42,733 nucleotides of DNA, from positions 1 to 42,733 of the forward strand of contig DATIDU010000104.1 of the NCBI GenBank assembly GCA_035456145.1, in the 5' to 3' direction. The DNA is from Gaiellales bacterium (GTDB lineage Bacteria; Actinomycetota; Thermoleophilia; Gaiellales; JAICJC01). How positions within the stretch are numbered: the stretch's first letter is position 1; each line of letters begins with the position of its first letter. The position numbers and the translations under genes are program-made. This document shows, in pieces, positions 41,838-42,733 of this stretch. The notes beneath the pieces were generated by a model, which ran no database searches, had not been told where the DNA came from, and saw only the letters and a list, made by a program, of their open reading frames with translations.

Positions 41838-42337
41838 CGGAGGCGGCTATCAACAAGGCTCGCCGCGCCGGGGCGGCGTACGCCCCGCCCGAGGCCGGTA
41901 TCCCGCTTCGGGGCTACGCGGGCGTCATCGCCACGTTCACGTCGGTGGGTTCGGTCGCGTTCGTGGCCGCGGCCCGCCGCGGGCTGCCGGAGCGGATCGG
42001 GCTCGGCGACCTGGCGCTGCTCTCGGTCGCCACGCACCACGCCGCCCGGCTCGTCACAAAGGACAAGGTGACGAGCGTCGCCCGGGCTCCGTTCACGGAG
42101 TACGAGGGCTCGGGAGATCCCGGCGAGGTCGAGGAGCATCCGCGCGGGCATGGGCTCCAGAAGGCGGTGGGCGAACTCGTGACCTGCCCGTACTGCATCG
42201 GGCAGTGGATCGCGCTCGCCGGGGTGACCGGGCTCATGCTGGCGCCGCGGACGACGCGCGCGATCGCATCGGTGCTGACGGTGTCGGCCGTGTCGGACTA
42301 TCTCCAGATCGTGCACCGCGCGGTCTCGCCGGAATGA
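41834..42337 (+). CDS. DUF1360-like membrane protein
   Basis: 167-aa ORF with LVTKDKVTSVARAPF.. and GELVTCPYCIGQWIA, typical of DUF1360. It is coupled on both sides by 4-nt overlaps. Confidence 0.8.
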   Translation: MTEAAINKARRAGAAYAPPEAGIPLRGYAGVIATFTSVGSVAFVAAARRGLPERIGLGDLALLSVATHHAARLVTKDKVTSVARAPFTEYEGSGDPGEVEEHPRGHGLQKAVGELVTCPYCIGQWIALAGVTGLMLAPRTTRAIASVLTVSAVSDYLQIVHRAVSPE

Positions 42338-42720
42338 GCGCGCGCGCCGGCTCACCTGGCCGCATCGCCCGGGTCGGCGGCCGCCTCGCAACTGCCGAGG
42401 CACGCCTCATCGGCGCCGAGCTGCGGCGGGCGATGCGGTGGACGGCCGCTGCGACCGCGCTCGCCGGTGCCGCCGCCACCGTGGGTGTCGGCGCGGCCGC
42501 CTGCCTCGTGGCCGCGGTGGTGCTGGGGTTGGCGACCGCGATGCCCGCCTGGCTCGCGGCGCTCGTCGCGGGCGCCGTCCTGCTCGTCGTCGCCGGGTTC
42601 CTGGCACTCCTGGCGCGCGAGGCGGCGAAGGACGCGGCGGGCGCCCTCCGGCAGACGACCGAACGAGCACAGGAGGAGGCCCGATGGATGGGGACGCTGA
42701 TCAGCTCGAACGGGAGGTAG
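42334..42720 (+). CDS. Holin-X/phage-holin-family-like small membrane protein
   Basis: ATG 42334 (ATGA overlap). The 128 aa have a charged N-terminus, two hydrophobic helices (TAAATALAGAAATVGVGAAACLVAAVVLGL; AWLAALVAGAVLLVVAGFLALL) and a charged C-terminus. Confidence 0.65.
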   Translation: MSARAGSPGRIARVGGRLATAEARLIGAELRRAMRWTAAATALAGAAATVGVGAAACLVAAVVLGLATAMPAWLAALVAGAVLLVVAGFLALLAREAAKDAAGALRQTTERAQEEARWMGTLISSNGR

Positions 42721-42733
42721 CCGACCGCAAGGC

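Noticed and set aside
1-42733. Search for rRNA, tRNA, CRISPR arrays, transposases, integrases, phage or plasmid genes and known defence-system hallmarks
   Set aside because: By eye I found no cloverleaf-like or rRNA-like segments, no regularly spaced direct repeats, and no ORF resembling DDE/serine/tyrosine recombinases, nucleases, or ATPases of known defence systems. A tool-based scan (tRNAscan-SE, Infernal, CRISPR finders, DefenseFinder/PADLOC) should confirm this.

Overview
This is very GC-rich chromosomal DNA (about 70% or more by eye) with Actinomycetota-like gene content. Coding is dense on both strands, with many 1-4 nt stop/start overlaps (ATGA, GTGA, TTGA). I recognise about 45 protein-coding genes. 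I see no rRNA, tRNA, CRISPR array, transposase or integrase. Left to right: a 5'-truncated photolyase; an SDR + aldo/keto reductase pair; a CaCA antiporter; a decayed TM-sensor-GGDEF-EAL pseudogene; and a form I aerobic CO dehydrogenase cluster (coxM-coxS-coxL) followed by an XdhC/CoxI-like maturation protein with a C-terminal YHS metal-binding domain and a SAM methyltransferase. Next come an intact PAS-PAS-GGDEF-EAL gene, a small HesB-like gene, and a dimethylglycine/sarcosine-dehydrogenase-like gene with etfB-etfA and a membrane Fe-S oxidoreductase (EtfD-like), divergent from a GntR/FadR-type regulator. A cell-envelope patch follows (secreted beta-propeller, small secreted and membrane proteins) interleaved with two more GGDEF genes. 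The last ~14 kb looks like a general-stress island. It holds a tightly packed nine-gene operon (small Rho_N-like basic protein, DJ-1/PfpI, PoxB-like TPP enzyme, enolase-superfamily enzyme, small membrane protein, gluconate-2-dehydrogenase-subunit-3-like protein, GMC oxidoreductase, frameshifted SDR, GH15 hydrolase), tiny hydrophilic/membrane proteins, MFS + CDF transporters and a DUF1360/holin-like operon. The main non-obvious signals are: (1) a GTTT-N15/16-GGGTA SigB/SigF-type promoter-like motif recurring in the correct orientation in front of the stress-type genes; (2) a ~100 nt two-hairpin repeat with a CCUCCU anti-Shine-Dalgarno-like core, present twice directly after rare TAA stops, with a compensatory stem change; (3) the XdhC-YHS fusion in the CODH cluster; (4) two genes whose homology runs up to an ATA codon overlapping the upstream TAG stop (ATAG), with no canonical start nearby; (5) local gene decay (multi-frameshift GGDEF-EAL, an SDR frameshift at the same TCCGGGG heptamer, and a duplicated methyltransferase 3' fragment with a 17-bp inverted repeat). 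I did not recognise a clear-cut novel defence or mobile system. All functional calls rest on my reading of the translated ORFs and of the DNA, not on database searches.
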